Numbered from the stretch's first letter, positions 37,635 through 47,390 are shown. The stretch: 64,000 nt of DNA from Solirubrobacterales bacterium (GCA_047605325.1 JASGFX010000011.1:534-64533); one strand, 5' to 3'. Numbers and translations are program-made. The notes: generated from the sequence alone by a model not told the origin.

Positions 37635-38161
37635 CCGGTCGTGCCGCCGCCGTGCGAACGTCTCGCCGGAACGCGGATGCGGCCGTAGGCGCGCACAGTC
37701 CTGGCGTTGTAGGCGCCGGCCCGAGCCGGATTGGTGACGATCGACCCGCGACCATTGCTCACGCGGAACTGCGGCTTGTAGGTGCGCGTCGCGCCCGGGG
37801 CCAGCGAGCTGATCTGCCAGCAGAGGTTTCCGCTCTTGAGCTTGCCGTGATCCTTGTAGACCACACTCAGACGATCGGGGATAAGGTCGCAGACCTCGAC
37901 ATTCACGGCCCGCGTCTTCGAGACGTTCTTGACCTTGATCGTGAACGTGACCTTCCCTCCGACCTTGACCGACTTCTTGTTCGGGACCTTCGTGATGCGC
38001 AGCACGGCGGTGCTCTTCTTCGCTTCAACTGGCGAGGTCGCGGTGTTGTCGTTCGGATTGCGGTCGTTCTCTGCCGTCACCACCGCCACGTTGACCGTGC
38101 TGCCGGTACGGGCGATGATCGTCTTCAACTCGATCGTGCGCGACTCGCCGTTGGGGATGTC
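37631..38161 (-). CDS. C-terminal continuation of the DUF11 surface protein, downstream of an in-frame TGA
   Basis: Same frame as 38162..45520 (38164-38128 = 36 nt). It reads DIPNGESRTIELKTIIARTGSTVNVAVVTAENDRNPNDNTATSPVEAKKSTAVLRITKVPNKKSVKVGGKVTFTIKVKNVSKTRAVNVEVCDLIPDRL, i.e. further DUF11 repeat sequence. Confidence 0.7.
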   Translation of the reverse strand, partial: DIPNGESRTIELKTIIARTGSTVNVAVVTAENDRNPNDNTATSPVEAKKSTAVLRITKVPNKKSVKVGGKVTFTIKVKNVSKTRAVNVEVCDLIPDRLSVVYKDHGKLKSGNLCWQISSLAPGATRTYKPQFRVSNGRGSIVTNPARAGAYNARTVRAYGRIRVPARRSHGGGTTG

Positions 38162-41100
38162 TCAGAGCTGACAGGTCAGCAGCGGCGCCTTGAACGTGCA
38201 CGAACCCTGCGCGCTCGCCGAGACATAGATCAGTCCGGCCGGAAGCGTGTCCGTGACGACGACTCCGCGCGCAGTGTCCGGACCCTTGTTCGTCGCGACG
38301 ATCGAGAACGTCACGATGTCACCGACGCTCGGATTGGCGTTGGACGCCGTCTTCGTGATCGTCACGTCCGAGCTGGTCGGGTATGCATGATTCTCGATCG
38401 GAGTGTCGGCGTCATCGGTGTTGTTCGACGTATTCGGATCTGGCGTCGGCGAAGTCGCCGTGGCGACGTTGTGCACCGTCGTGCCGACGACCGAAGCATC
38501 GGGCACGACCGTGACCGTGATCTGCGCCGTGTCACCCGGATCCATGTCACCGAGCTGGCAGGTCACCGTGCCGTTGGATTCAGCACAGCTGCCGACGCTC
38601 GCCGTGTACGACTGGTAGGTCAGACCCGCCGGCAGTGGATCGGTGACCTCGACGTCCTCGGCCGTCGCCGGTCCGTTGTTGACCACGGCGAGCGTGTAGG
38701 TCATCGGGTAGCCCTCGGCGCCATAGGCCGGACCACTCTTGACGATCGCAACATCGGCGTTCGGGCCGATGTCGGTGTCGGCTTCGTCGTGGTCGTTGCT
38801 CGGATCTGTATCGGTGGTGTCGGATTCGACATCGGCCAGGTTCGTGATCGTCGACTCCGAATGCCCGAAGCCGACGTTGATCGTCACGGTGAAGACGAAC
38901 TCATCGCCAGACGCCATGTCACCGAGGTCGCAGCTGAACGCCCCGCCACTGACCGCACCGCAGGTCGGGCCGGTCGGAACCGAGATCGCCGAGACGAACA
39001 TCGTGCCGGCCGGCAGCGTGTCGGTCAGCTCGGCGTTCTCGGCCGTGTCGGGCCCGTGGTTGGTGACGGTCACGGTGTAGGCGATCGTCGATCCCGAAGC
39101 CGCCGTGGCCGGGCCGGTCTTGGTGACTCCGAGATCGGCCATCGGCAGCACCGTCACCTCCGCGTCGTCGGAGCTGTCGGTCGGGTCGGTCGGACTCGAG
39201 ACCGTCGCCACGTTGTCCCAGTCCTCGCCGACTTCCTCGCCGCGCACGACCATCTTCAGAACGACGGTTCCGTTGGCCTCGACGGTGCCGAGGTTCCAAC
39301 TCACGGTGCCCCCGGCCGCGCTCGGGCATCCGGTCGAAGCCGGCGTCGTACTGACGCACGAGAGGCCGTCCGGCAACTCATCCTCGACCGTGGTGCTCAG
39401 CGCATCCGACGGGCCGTTGTTGTGGACCGTGATCGTGAACTCGGTCTCGTTGGCGTTGTAGATCGTCGACGGCTTGCCACTCGACACGTCCTTGGTGATC
39501 GTGAGGTCGGCGACCGTGCCAAGCGGGATCACCTCGGTGTCGGTGTTGTTGTCGGGGTCAGGGTCGGGCTCATCGCCGTCGACCGTTGCGGTGTTCGAGA
39601 CCGGATCGACCAGACCCGACTTGACCTTCAGCACCACTGTGAACGAACGCGTCGCTCCGACGCCCAGCTCGCTGTTGACATCGCAGTCGATCTGGTCGAT
39701 GTCGGGGGTGCCGCTGGTCGTGCAGCTGTCGGTGCCGTTGGTCGGCGTGACCGAGACGAACTCGAACTGGTCGGTGTCGATCGTGTCGTGAACCTGGACT
39801 CCATTGGCGGTGCTCGGTCCGTTGTTCGTCGCCGTCAGCGTGTAGGTGATGTTCTCACCCGCAGTGCCCGGGTTCGGAGTTCCGACCTTCGTGATCGCAA
39901 GGTCGGCGCTGCGGTCGGTCGTCCACTCACCCGGGTCGGTGATCTCGGTCGGACGCTCGGTCGAGTGCGTGTAGGCGTTGTTGGTGTAGACCGTGCCACT
40001 GGCAACGTTCGCCTGCACGTACATCGGCAGCGTGATCGTCACCGACTGGTTCGGGGCCAACGAGTCGAGCGTCCAGTGAATGCTGTGCGGACCGGTGCCG
40101 CTCGTCACCGGGGTGTTCCCGACATTCAGCGGGCCGGTCGGGTTGTCGCACGGTCCGGGCACACAGACGACGGTCGCCGGGTGGGTCGCGACGTTGTAGA
40201 ACAGGTCGGCCGGGACGGCGTCGCGGATCTCGACGTTGCGCGCTGTGGCCGGACCGGTGTTGGTCACGACGATCGTCCAGTTGTTCCAGGTGCCGGCGTG
40301 GACCGTTGCGTTGTTGGGCGTCTTGGCGATCGTCAGGTTCGGCATCTGGATGTTGGCGTCCTCGCTGTCGGAAGCCGAGTACGGCGTATTCGGAGTGCCG
40401 TGCCCAGTCGCGCCGGAGTTGTCGGCGCCGAGGATGCTGACGTTGTTCGTGTACGGGTTGGTCGGATTGCCGCCGACCAACGCGGCCATCGTCGGCGTCG
40501 CCTCGAAGCTGATCACGATCGGAGATCCGCCACCGGCGATGTCGCCGATGTTGGTCCACTTGAGCGTCTGCCCCGTGATCGACGGATCGGCATACGCCAC
40601 CGCGTTGCGCAGCGTCGACCCGGCGACGTAGTTCCAGCCGGTCGGCAGCAGATCCGTGACGTCGATGTCATTGAGCTGGGCGACTGTGCTCGAGTTTCCG
40701 ACGGTGAGCGTCCAGCGCAGCGGCTGGTTGATCTCGGCGTTGCCAGAGTTCGCCACGGTCTTGACCACAGTCGGCTGCGGCAGGAAGACCGTCAGGTCGA
40801 CCGCGTCGGTCGGCTTGGCGCCTTCCGGGTAGGGTCGCGCCTGGGGATTGCCGGCACGCTCAGCCGCCGGGAGTCCCCAGTAGCTCGAAACCTCGGCCAT
40901 GTTGATCACGTGCTGGAGGTTGGTGAGGTTCGCCGAGGCGGCCAGATCAGCCGTGTACGTGATCGTCACCGACGCATTCGGCGCCAGTGAAGCGATGTTC
41001 CATGCATGCGTGTTCGAACCCGTCGGCGTGGCGGTCGTCACGCCGCCGGGGAGCGCCCCGACGACGACGTTGACCAGCGAGCTCGGAACCTGATCCTGGA

Positions 41101-44100
41101 TCAGGGCGTCGTAGGCCGTCGTGTTGCCGGTGTTGGCGACCGTGATCGAGTAGCTGAACGAACTGCCCGGCTGGACATTGCAGGTGTCGTTGTCGGCCGT
41201 CTGGCAGTTGACGTCCTTGTTGATCGTGAGGTTCGGCTCGGTGACGGTGACTGTCGCGTTGACGGCCGGTGGCGAGACAGCGCTTCCGCCCGGGCACGGA
41301 GTCGTGGCGACGATGCACCAGGCTTGGCGGGCCGAGTTGTTGAGGATCGTTCCGCTCTGGTTACCCGACACGTCCGTGACGACGGCCGTGTAGGTGATCG
41401 TCAACGTTCGCGCAGACGCGCTGGAGGCAATCGCCCCATATGACCAGGTGAGGTTCTGTCCCACCTGCGTGGAAGTCGGCGCCCCGATTCCGCAGGCCGT
41501 CGCGCAAGTCGCGGAGTCAAAGCTGACGAACCCCATACCGGCCGGAAGCGTGTCGGTCACGCGATAGTCGTAGAACTGGGTGTTCGCCGGCAACGTGACG
41601 TTGACCGTGTACTGGACGTGCTTGCCGACCGGAGCGGAGGTTGGGTTCGCGGTCTTCGTGATCGTCGAGCCGGCGACGGTCATCGTGTCGGTGGCCTGCT
41701 TCGAGTAGGGACGTTCACCCGCCACCGTGCCCGCCATCGAAGTGCCGGCGATGGTCGCCGTGTTGACCAGCGTCTGTCCGGCGGACGGTGCAGGCGAGGA
41801 GTCGACCTCGGCGCAGTAGCGCAGGTTTGTGATCGTCGCTCCCGGCGCGAGCGTGCCGATCGTCCAGGTGATCGTGCGCGTCCCGGAACTCCACGTTCCC
41901 GTCGGCGTCGAGGCGCCTCCGTTGCAGAGCACGACCGCTGCGCCGTCGGCGAGCGGTGTGCCACTGCCGTCGGTCGGCGTCAGCCCGACCGGAACAAGGT
42001 CGGTGACCGTCGTTTCATGCAAGGGGCTGCTGGCGGGTCCGCTGCCGCGGTTCGGATTGGAGATGTTCACCGAGTACTGGATCTCCTGGCCCGGCGAGAC
42101 GATGTTGTCAGTGTCGTCGTCCGACTTCGTGATCGTCGGATTGGGTTCGACGATCGTGACGTTCGTGGCGTTGGTGTTTCGACTCGTCAGCTGGTCGTAC
42201 TGGTCGCGATAGGTCGCGGTGGCCTGGTTGGCGAGCGTCGCCCCGGAGATGTTCGCGGGAACGTCGGCGACCTTCACCTGGTAGGTCAGCGTGATGGCCT
42301 GGTCGCTCGCCGTGCTGTTCGTATAGGCGCCGTTCCACTGCAGCGACACGGCGCTCGCCGATCCGCTGACCGTCGCGGTGCCACAGATGTCAGGCACAGT
42401 CGTCGAGCTGCAGCCGGCGCTGCCGGCGACGTACACCTGCTGCGCCGGCGTTTGGATCGTGTCATTGATGTTCAGCTGCTGGACACCCGCCTCGGGCGAA
42501 GGAATCGAGGTGCCGTGCGGCACCTGGAGCGTCACCGCATAGGTGATCGTCTCGCCGATCGTCGCCTGGCCGCTTGCGTTGTTGTTGGTTTCGTCGACCG
42601 AGGTCGTCGCGGTCTTGGTCAGCGTGCCGCGGGCCGTTACGAACGAGTCGTCGGTCGCCTCTGCAGCGCGCTGGCCGGTGGCGTTGGGGCCGCAGATGTC
42701 GGTCGGGTTCTCGGGCGCCCAGGTGAAGGTCGGGTCGTCTGGATCGTTGGTCTCGTTGTCATAGGAGTCGACGCAGACGTTGTCGGGGATCACGACACCG
42801 GGCACGATGACGCTGCCGGGCTTGAAGTCCCAGTTGAGTTCGACGCTGCTGTTGGCGTCAACCGCGAGACCGGTCCACTTGATGATCGTGAGCGAAGTCG
42901 GACCCGGCGTCGGGTCGTCCGTACAAGTCGCGCTCGAGCCGCCCGGCGTCGTGATGTTCGAGATCATGTCGCAGTCGTATGGTCCTACGAGCCGCTCGCT
43001 GACCACGCCGTCAACGGTGTCGATCGAAGTCTCGTTCGTGACGTCGGCTCGATACGTGACCGTGGAATCACCGTCGATCGATCCGCCGTCGTGGTCAGGC
43101 CCGAACGGACCCGCAGCCGGGTTGTCAATCGACTTGACGCCCTTCGTCACCGACAGGACCGGCGCGGTCGCCTCGAAGTTCGCGACATCGCGCGAGGTCG
43201 TCGCGACGCCCTCGGTGTTCTCGCTCGTGAGTTTGAGCAGGTTGCCGCGGATCGGTGCGAACACCGCATCGGGGTCGGGATTTCCCGCGTCCTGGTTGGT
43301 GATCTTCGTGGCGATGATCCACTCGAAGACCTGATCCGAGCCGGCGTAGGGGGTCGGCTCGTTGAGTTCAAAGTCGACGAGGCGCCCACTGGCGTTGGCG
43401 ACGACGTTGGGGAACTCGTTGTTCGGAGTCGCGCCGCTGCCCGGCGGCCCGGGATTGACGTACTCGGTGCCCGGCGGCAGGAAATCGGTCAGGGAGATCC
43501 CGCCCGTCGAGAGGTTGGCCGGAAAGTCGACGCGCAGCTTCCAGCAGACGATGTCGCCGACGCGATAAACGCCGACCGTGCCGCTGCTGTAGGTGCCGGT
43601 GCCGCAGTTGACGGGGTTGGTCAGCCCTGGCACCCGACCCTGCTTCGAGAGTGTCGGCTCGCCACCCGACTGGGCAACGATCGAGTCGTCGTCGACGAGC
43701 GGCTCGGGATCGGGGCGGGTGTGGAAGATCGGACCTGCGAGCGGATCCGAGCAGTCGACCGGCGAGTTCAACGGAGTGGAGCAGATCACGTTGGCGGTGC
43801 CCTGCGTGTGCACGCTGTTGGAAGTCGAGTCGCCGGCCAGAACCGGAGTCGTGTCCTGATAGTTCGCCTGGTAGTACTTCCGCGTCTTCGACTTGAACTT
43901 CACGTCGAAATCGGCGTTCGACTGCGCCGCGGAATCGGGCACGTCGAAATTGACCGTCCATGTGCCGTCTGCGTTCTCGACGGCGCTCGCATCACTCGCC
44001 GCAAAGTTCGTCTGCACGCCGTCGATCGTCGGATCGTCGCTCGCGCTGCCGGTGCCGTCGCACTCGGGGTCGGCCGGCGGCGGAGTGTGTTCGTAGTTGT

Positions 44101-45520
44101 TGGTTGTGCCGTCGATCGGGCAGTAAGCGTTGGGCAGCGTGTCGGTGACCGTCAGACCGGTGAAGTAGCGGTATTCGCTGGTGCGCACATGCAGCGTCCA
44201 CGTTGTCAACGCGCCGACCGCGAGCGTCGGGCTGCTGACGGTCTTCTGGATCGAGAGGTCCTCGGCCGTGACGGTGTGCGAATCGCTGTCGCTCACCTGT
44301 CCCCCATTCGTGCCGTGATAATCGCCAGTGACGCCGGCGCGGTTGGTCAACCCAGCTTCATCATTGAGTTCAGCACCGCAAGCGTTGTTGTCGAGGTTCG
44401 AACCCTGCGGTCCATCATCGGCGGGCTCACCGTTGCTCCAGGTCGTCGTGTTCGGACAGATCGGAATCGCCGCTCCGTACTTGAGCGTCAGCGAAGCGCC
44501 CGGAGCAAGGGCGTTGTTCGGCGGAGTGAGATTCCAGACCACATGCGTGTAGGTACCGAGGCTGGGAGCCGCGAGGTCGTTCGAAACGGTCTCGACGATG
44601 TCTGGCGCGATGCAGCCGGAGACGGGGTTCGAAGGGATCGGACCCGACCCCGGGTACTCGAACGGCGAGCCGGTATTGGTCGGAGCGTTGGTGGTGTTGT
44701 CCGGACCGCCGCAGCCGAGAAACTCGAGACCGGCCGGGATGTAGTCCTCGATCACCAATCCGTCGGTCGGGGAGATCTGGTTGTTGTTGACCGTCAGGGT
44801 GTAGACGGTCTGGTGGTCGTGCACGCCGCGCAGCAACTCACCCTCGGGACTCGGTTCAGACTTCTCGATCTGGATCGCTTTGAGTTCGGTCGAGCTGGGA
44901 GCTGTCGTCGCCGACCCGGAATACGAGTTCGTGAAATTCCCGATCGGCTGACCGGTGGTGCTGTCGAACCGGGGTTCTTGGCGAGGGTTGCAGTTCACAT
45001 ACGCGCCAGCAGCCGCAGTGCCGGTCACGGTTCCCGTGGTCAGCGTGTCCCCGGCGAAGAAACCGTCCGGTCCGCTGGTGTCGTAAGTCACCTGGTAGCT
45101 GACCGAGTAACTCGAGTTGGGAGCGAGATCGGCGACGTTCGACCAGATCAGTGTTGTCTGGCCGGCCGTAGGCGCGTCGGCGATCACGGTCGGCGCCGGG
45201 CTTCCCGATCCGGGGACGTAATGCACGCCGACGGGAAGGACGTCGCGAAAGGAAAGATTGAAACCGCCGTAGGTTTCGCCGCTCGGCTCATTCGCCGTCA
45301 GGGTCACCGGAATCGGGTCTCCGTAGAGCACCTCGCCGGGCTGGGTCTTGGCGATGTTGATCGTCGGCGCGCCACCCACCGGCGGCTGGCACTGGGTGGC
45401 TGCTGCAGCCTCTTCCGGTGACAGAGCGATGGCGATCGCGGCGACGATCAGTGCGATCGAAAGGAACAGGGCACGAACGTCGACTGCCGACCGGGCGACG
45501 GAAAGCTGAGGAGTGAGCAT
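38162..45520 (-). CDS. Giant DUF11 ('conserved repeat domain') surface protein / adhesin-like
   Basis: In-frame part of ORF 38162..46453. The first 311 codons of that ORF are antisense to the kinase gene and intergenic DNA. The plausible start is ATG 45520 (MLTPQLSVARSAVDVRALFLSIALIVAAIAIALSPEEAAAA). Many ~110-130-aa units carry ADLxITK...NxGPxxA...DxLPxGL...C.LG.L..G...N.A.V....DP...NN. Confidence 0.85.
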   Translation of the reverse strand: MLTPQLSVARSAVDVRALFLSIALIVAAIAIALSPEEAAAATQCQPPVGGAPTINIAKTQPGEVLYGDPIPVTLTANEPSGETYGGFNLSFRDVLPVGVHYVPGSGSPAPTVIADAPTAGQTTLIWSNVADLAPNSSYSVSYQVTYDTSGPDGFFAGDTLTTGTVTGTAAAGAYVNCNPRQEPRFDSTTGQPIGNFTNSYSGSATTAPSSTELKAIQIEKSEPSPEGELLRGVHDHQTVYTLTVNNNQISPTDGLVIEDYIPAGLEFLGCGGPDNTTNAPTNTGSPFEYPGSGPIPSNPVSGCIAPDIVETVSNDLAAPSLGTYTHVVWNLTPPNNALAPGASLTLKYGAAIPICPNTTTWSNGEPADDGPQGSNLDNNACGAELNDEAGLTNRAGVTGDYHGTNGGQVSDSDSHTVTAEDLSIQKTVSSPTLAVGALTTWTLHVRTSEYRYFTGLTVTDTLPNAYCPIDGTTNNYEHTPPPADPECDGTGSASDDPTIDGVQTNFAASDASAVENADGTWTVNFDVPDSAAQSNADFDVKFKSKTRKYYQANYQDTTPVLAGDSTSNSVHTQGTANVICSTPLNSPVDCSDPLAGPIFHTRPDPEPLVDDDSIVAQSGGEPTLSKQGRVPGLTNPVNCGTGTYSSGTVGVYRVGDIVCWKLRVDFPANLSTGGISLTDFLPPGTEYVNPGPPGSGATPNNEFPNVVANASGRLVDFELNEPTPYAGSDQVFEWIIATKITNQDAGNPDPDAVFAPIRGNLLKLTSENTEGVATTSRDVANFEATAPVLSVTKGVKSIDNPAAGPFGPDHDGGSIDGDSTVTYRADVTNETSIDTVDGVVSERLVGPYDCDMISNITTPGGSSATCTDDPTPGPTSLTIIKWTGLAVDANSSVELNWDFKPGSVIVPGVVIPDNVCVDSYDNETNDPDDPTFTWAPENPTDICGPNATGQRAAEATDDSFVTARGTLTKTATTSVDETNNNASGQATIGETITYAVTLQVPHGTSIPSPEAGVQQLNINDTIQTPAQQVYVAGSAGCSSTTVPDICGTATVSGSASAVSLQWNGAYTNSTASDQAITLTYQVKVADVPANISGATLANQATATYRDQYDQLTSRNTNATNVTIVEPNPTITKSDDDTDNIVSPGQEIQYSVNISNPNRGSGPASSPLHETTVTDLVPVGLTPTDGSGTPLADGAAVVLCNGGASTPTGTWSSGTRTITWTIGTLAPGATITNLRYCAEVDSSPAPSAGQTLVNTATIAGTSMAGTVAGERPYSKQATDTMTVAGSTITKTANPTSAPVGKHVQYTVNVTLPANTQFYDYRVTDTLPAGMGFVSFDSATCATACGIGAPTSTQVGQNLTWSYGAIASSASARTLTITYTAVVTDVSGNQSGTILNNSARQAWCIVATTPCPGGSAVSPPAVNATVTVTEPNLTINKDVNCQTADNDTCNVQPGSSFSYSITVANTGNTTAYDALIQDQVPSSLVNVVVGALPGGVTTATPTGSNTHAWNIASLAPNASVTITYTADLAASANLTNLQHVINMAEVSSYWGLPAAERAGNPQARPYPEGAKPTDAVDLTVFLPQPTVVKTVANSGNAEINQPLRWTLTVGNSSTVAQLNDIDVTDLLPTGWNYVAGSTLRNAVAYADPSITGQTLKWTNIGDIAGGGSPIVISFEATPTMAALVGGNPTNPYTNNVSILGADNSGATGHGTPNTPYSASDSEDANIQMPNLTIAKTPNNATVHAGTWNNWTIVVTNTGPATARNVEIRDAVPADLFYNVATHPATVVCVPGPCDNPTGPLNVGNTPVTSGTGPHSIHWTLDSLAPNQSVTITLPMYVQANVASGTVYTNNAYTHSTERPTEITDPGEWTTDRSADLAITKVGTPNPGTAGENITYTLTATNNGPSTANGVQVHDTIDTDQFEFVSVTPTNGTDSCTTSGTPDIDQIDCDVNSELGVGATRSFTVVLKVKSGLVDPVSNTATVDGDEPDPDPDNNTDTEVIPLGTVADLTITKDVSSGKPSTIYNANETEFTITVHNNGPSDALSTTVEDELPDGLSCVSTTPASTGCPSAAGGTVSWNLGTVEANGTVVLKMVVRGEEVGEDWDNVATVSSPTDPTDSSDDAEVTVLPMADLGVTKTGPATAASGSTIAYTVTVTNHGPDTAENAELTDTLPAGTMFVSAISVPTGPTCGAVSGGAFSCDLGDMASGDEFVFTVTINVGFGHSESTITNLADVESDTTDTDPSNDHDEADTDIGPNADVAIVKSGPAYGAEGYPMTYTLAVVNNGPATAEDVEVTDPLPAGLTYQSYTASVGSCAESNGTVTCQLGDMDPGDTAQITVTVVPDASVVGTTVHNVATATSPTPDPNTSNNTDDADTPIENHAYPTSSDVTITKTASNANPSVGDIVTFSIVATNKGPDTARGVVVTDTLPAGLIYVSASAQGSCTFKAPLLTCQL

Positions 45521-45742
45521 TGAGTTGTGGCCGGAATCTCCGTCCGGCGCGGTTCTGGAATACCGAAACGCTTTTGGGGAAGGCGTGTCCTTACAAGTCG
45601 AGCTGCCTGACGATATTCCCCCCACTACTTGTAGGTAAACCCGATTGAGATCGTGACCCGGCCACAAAAGCATTGGACATTCAATTGCCGCGCGGATGGA
45701 TTGACGGCGATCCGCATCGATTCGGCGTAACTTCTCACTCTG

Positions 45743-47263
45743 ATGGCGATTTCGGCGACACAGGACGGCCCGGAGCTCGTAGGCGAGATCGTCGGCGACC
45801 GCTACCGGATCGACGAGGTTGTCGGAGCCGGCGGGATGGCGACGGTCTACAAAGCCTTCGACCAGACGCTCGAGCGTCCGGTCGCGGTCAAGGTTATGCG
45901 TCGCGAGGTCGTCAAGGAGGCCGATCAGCTCGAGCGCTTCCGGCGTGAGGCCCGCGCCGCCGCGAAGCTCAGCCACGCGCACATCGTCACCGTGATCGAC
46001 GCCGGTGAGGAGAACTCGCGCCCCTACATCGTCTTCGAATATGTACCCGGCGAGACGCTCAAGCAGCGGATCAAGAGCGAGGGTCCGCTGCCGATCCCGG
46101 AGGCCGTGGCCTACGCGATCGAGATCGGGTCGGCGCTGGTGGCCGCGCACGCCGCCGGACTCGTCCACCGCGACGTCAAGCCGCAGAACGTGCTGCTCGA
46201 CCCCCACGGTCACGCCAAGGTCGCCGACTTCGGCATCGCCCGTGAGCTCGAGGCGAGCGACGGCCTGACCAAGACAGGCCGCGTGCTCGGCACGACCGAC
46301 TACGTCAGCCCCGAGCAGGCGATGGGCGAGGACGTCACAGGCCAGAGCGACGTCTACTCGCTCGGCATCGTGCTGTTCGAGATGCTGACCGGCGACGTGC
46401 CGTTCAAGGGCGAGAACCACGTCGCCGTGGCGATGAAGCACGTCAAGGACCAACTCCCAGACATCCAGGCGAGTCGGCCCGAGGTGTCGAACGCGCTTGC
46501 GGCAGTCGTCGAGAAGATGACCGCCAAAGAGCCTGTCGACCGCTACCTCACGGCCGCGTCAGCCGTCTCCGACCTCGAGGACGTGCTCGCGATCGAGTCG
46601 GCCCGTGCGGGCGGGATCACCGGCGAGGCCACCGTCGTCTTCGACTCGCTGCCCAAGCGCTCGCGCAGGCTCGCCCCTGAGGGGGTCTCCCACCCCGCGC
46701 GCACGCGCATCGCCTGGCTCGTCGCGGCGCTCGCGGCGATCGGCATCGTGCTGCTGCTGATCAGCCAGCTCGAACCCGGCTCGGGTGGCCGCGCCGGCGG
46801 TCAGAGTTCGACGGCCGGCACCGTGATCCCGTTCAAAACCTCGGGCAGCTTCGATCCGTATGCGCTCGGCGGCGGCAACGACGAGCACAGCGAGGAGACG
46901 CACAACGCCTTCGACGGCAACGCCAACACCGACTGGACGACCGAGCAGTACCAGAACGGCGTGCTCGGCAAGCCCGGCGTCGGCCTCTGGGGACGCACAT
47001 ATAAACCGGCCACCGCCGCCACCGCGACGATCCGCACCCCCGACGACAAGCTCTCGGTCACCTTCTACGGCGCAAAGTCTCTGCCGAGCGACCTGGCCGG
47101 ATGGACCAAGCTCGGCTCTGCCAGCGGCGACATCAACGGCAAGCGCTTCAAGCTCGACAAAGTCGCCGGCCTGCGCTACTACATGGCTTGGATCACCGAG
47201 CTGCCGACGCCGCAGAATGGCTTCAGCAAGGCGCACATCTCAGAATTCATCGTCCGTCGCTGA
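45743..47263 (+). CDS. Ser/Thr protein kinase with single TM and discoidin/galactose-binding-like ectodomain
   Basis: Kinase motifs YKAFD...VAVKVM, GLVHRDVKPQNVLL, DFGIA and VSPEQ. TM segment IAWLVAALAAIGIVLLLI. The ectodomain has HNAFDGNANTDWTTEQYQNG...GVGLW. Confidence 0.85.
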   Translation: MAISATQDGPELVGEIVGDRYRIDEVVGAGGMATVYKAFDQTLERPVAVKVMRREVVKEADQLERFRREARAAAKLSHAHIVTVIDAGEENSRPYIVFEYVPGETLKQRIKSEGPLPIPEAVAYAIEIGSALVAAHAAGLVHRDVKPQNVLLDPHGHAKVADFGIARELEASDGLTKTGRVLGTTDYVSPEQAMGEDVTGQSDVYSLGIVLFEMLTGDVPFKGENHVAVAMKHVKDQLPDIQASRPEVSNALAAVVEKMTAKEPVDRYLTAASAVSDLEDVLAIESARAGGITGEATVVFDSLPKRSRRLAPEGVSHPARTRIAWLVAALAAIGIVLLLISQLEPGSGGRAGGQSSTAGTVIPFKTSGSFDPYALGGGNDEHSEETHNAFDGNANTDWTTEQYQNGVLGKPGVGLWGRTYKPATAATATIRTPDDKLSVTFYGAKSLPSDLAGWTKLGSASGDINGKRFKLDKVAGLRYYMAWITELPTPQNGFSKAHISEFIVRR

Positions 47264-47390
47264 TTTTCGGCAACTTGAAGTGCGGGTTAAGCGGCTTGCC
47301 GGAATAACCCCGGGCGCGGCGAATGGCGTTATGGTCATCACACTTTTTCGGGGAATCCCGATTGAACAATTCTGAAGGGGATGTCTGAGC

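Noticed and set aside
38162-38164. TGA as selenocysteine, or as a reassigned Gly codon (as in code 25 lineages).
   Set aside because: Many other genes in the window terminate at TGA (e.g. at 18016, 21320, 22843, 34934, 37631, 51586 and 56960), so UGA is a stop codon here. The consensus residue is Gly rather than Cys/Sec. I see no obvious SECIS-like hairpin immediately downstream.
37448-45421. Plus-strand ORFs of 1180 aa (37448-40990) and 1267 aa (41618-45421).
   Set aside because: They are antisense to the DUF11 gene and the Ldt gene. Their composition is Arg/Asp/Gly-rich nonsense, whereas the minus strand encodes clear DUF11 repeats.
45521-46453. The 311-codon N-terminal extension of ORF 38162..46453, which would make the DUF11 protein 2763 aa.
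   Set aside because: The extension runs antisense through the well-supported kinase gene (45743-47263) and the intergenic region, and reads as low-complexity sequence. A signal-peptide-bearing start at ATG 45520 is far more plausible.
47264-47390. The 127-bp gap between the kinase gene and dsbA as a possible small RNA or tRNA.
   Set aside because: It has no cloverleaf-compatible structure or conserved tRNA boxes. The only feature is a weak 5-bp stem (GGCAA...TTGCC) with a long loop. It is most likely just the dsbA promoter region.
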